Under the pieces are notes generated by a model. That model was not told where the DNA came from and made no database searches. It saw only the letters and a program-made list of their open reading frames with translations. The position numbers and the translations under genes are program-made. A DNA stretch of 64,000 nt from Takakia lepidozioides (taxonomy: Eukaryota > Plantae > Bryophyta), in the NCBI GenBank assembly GCA_030704615.1, contig CM060733.1, positions 20,212,001-20,276,000 on the forward strand, in the 5' to 3' direction. Below, piece after piece: positions 62,828 to 64,000 of this stretch (positions within the stretch are counted from its first letter, which is position 1; the number at the start of each line of letters is the position of its first letter).

Positions 62828-63439
62828 TGATAAGAGATGAGAAATGAGAGAAGTAGAAGACAATGAAAGCTCTCAAAGCATGAAGCAATCACATGAAGAA
62901 CAAGCCCTAGTCCTTCCAAGTGAAATCCACTCTATCACATAAACTAAGTCAAGCCAAGGGCACCTGTGCTAAAGGAATCCACCCTACAAAGCCCTTAACA
63001 CGCTCCCTCTCAATACCTAGAGCTATGGAGGTGAGAGAAGCTCATGGAGGCTCAACTACAAGAAGATGAGCCTCCTCAACACTCACAAGGGGAAAACCTA
63101 TCTCCATGTCTCAAGTGAGGCTCGACACCTCACTTGGCATATGAGACCAAATGAAGTCCCAACACACAAAATATAAATATAAATATCTAAAATGTCCTAG
63201 TTAACTAGAAGTAGGTAATTCTAGATAACCATGACTAAAACCATGACAGTGCAGTAGAACTGCAGGTACACCAAGTTTATCAAGTTGTGTATTTTCAGAT
63301 TGTTTTTGTGAGCTTCATGAAGAAAAGGGAGCTTGTTGGGCAGCATATAGCTTGTTTGTTGAGTTGGAGGCACTTCTAGTGGGCCGTGAGAGCTCAGGAG
63401 TGCAGGGCGACGGGGCTGATGGCTCCGCAAAAGCCATAG

Positions 63440-63800
63440 CTCGTCGGCAGCAGGTGTTGGAGCAAACCCCAGCTCGGGAACGCGTGGGAACGCCCCGGGA
63501 ACTCATGGGAACTCGTTGGGAGTTCCAGGGAACGCAAGAAATAGTGGTCGTGATGGGCCGTTGGGGCGGTATCACGAGATACCACGAGCCCAGACCGTGA
63601 CCATTGACCGTGACCGTTGGCCGTGACCATTGGAAGTCGTGGTGTGGACACAACGGGTGGGCACGGTGACCAGATCGTGGGGATGGCAGGCCGTGAAGGC
63701 TCGTGGGAGTGGTACCACGGGGTATCACTTGGCAGCCCGTGGCCAACGAGCGCCTAGGGCGGGCCGTGGGGAGTAGTGGCGGTTGGAGCCACGGAAGGCC
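63440..63800. repeat. GC-rich array of short gggaac / ccgtg(a/g) motifs, probable DNA-transposon subterminal region
   Basis: Repeated gggaac and ccgtgacc motifs, followed by an A-run at ~63817-63833. Confidence 0.5.
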
Positions 63801-64000
63801 TCGAACAGTTAGAGTGAAAAAAAAAAAAAAAAATCTTTTTCACTCGTTTCGTGGGACCTTGATGGGGAGGCTGGGCTCTGAAGAACAACGGTTTTGAGCT
63901 AGCTGATCCGGCAGAAAAGTCGGAATTGCCTCCCTGTTGCGTTTTAACAAAATGGATTACTTCCCTGCAAGTAATCTTTTTTGGGTTTTCAGCCCAATTC

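Larger units (their letters stand above)
52398..63248 (-). mobile_element. Ty3/Gypsy retrotransposon with a C5 DNA methyltransferase domain, an integrase-linked PHD finger and permuted LTRs
   Basis: Order on - strand: gag (~60400-58600; IELDDFIQEFDSWCDLQ, Cys knuckles), PR (LLDSGAQP ~58350), MTase (57690-56740), RT (YIDD ~55750), RH (FQLHTDWS ~55310), INT (~54650-53500), PHD (53390-53243), PPT (53000-52991). Repeats B at 62828-63248 and 52483-52900, A at 52905-52989 and 52398-52481. GTGC flanks both ends. Many frameshifts. Confidence 0.93.

Overview
Eukaryotic nuclear DNA from a non-seed land plant, most likely a moss (inferred from the spliceosomal genes, PLS-type PPR remnants and the transposon content). 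Host genes: a 12-exon type II pantothenate kinase (41-10274, +) with a ~5.4 kb LINE in one intron; complex I subunit NDUFS5 (11447-12606, +, GC-AG intron); a GH17+X8 beta-1,3-glucanase (13489-16790, -); two inverted Em/LEA group 1 copies, one frameshifted; a disrupted CYP71-clan P450; 3' exons of a SYP61-like syntaxin; and a clathrin light chain fragment. The rest is mostly mobile DNA: a Sola/DUF7869-like DDE transposon, Copia fragments, a 5'-truncated chromodomain Ty3/Gypsy, a pogo-like fragment, MITEs and minisatellites. The standout is a 10.85 kb Ty3/Gypsy element (52398-63248, -). It carries a Dnmt3-like C5 cytosine methyltransferase domain between protease and RT and a PHD finger after the integrase. 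It has a 12-nt self-priming (Tf1-type) PBS. Its LTRs are circularly permuted (B-internal-A-B-A), bounded by TGTCRTG...CAYGACA ends and a 4-bp GTGC target duplication, as if a 2-LTR circle had integrated through an internal palindromic site. Also notable: a ~350 bp PPR-derived inverted repeat (candidate hairpin/proto-MIR locus), a highly structured LINE 5' leader, and a PanK whose motifs look metazoan PANK1-3-like. Everything was read by eye and no searches were run. The high indel density beyond ~47.4 kb may partly be assembly error.
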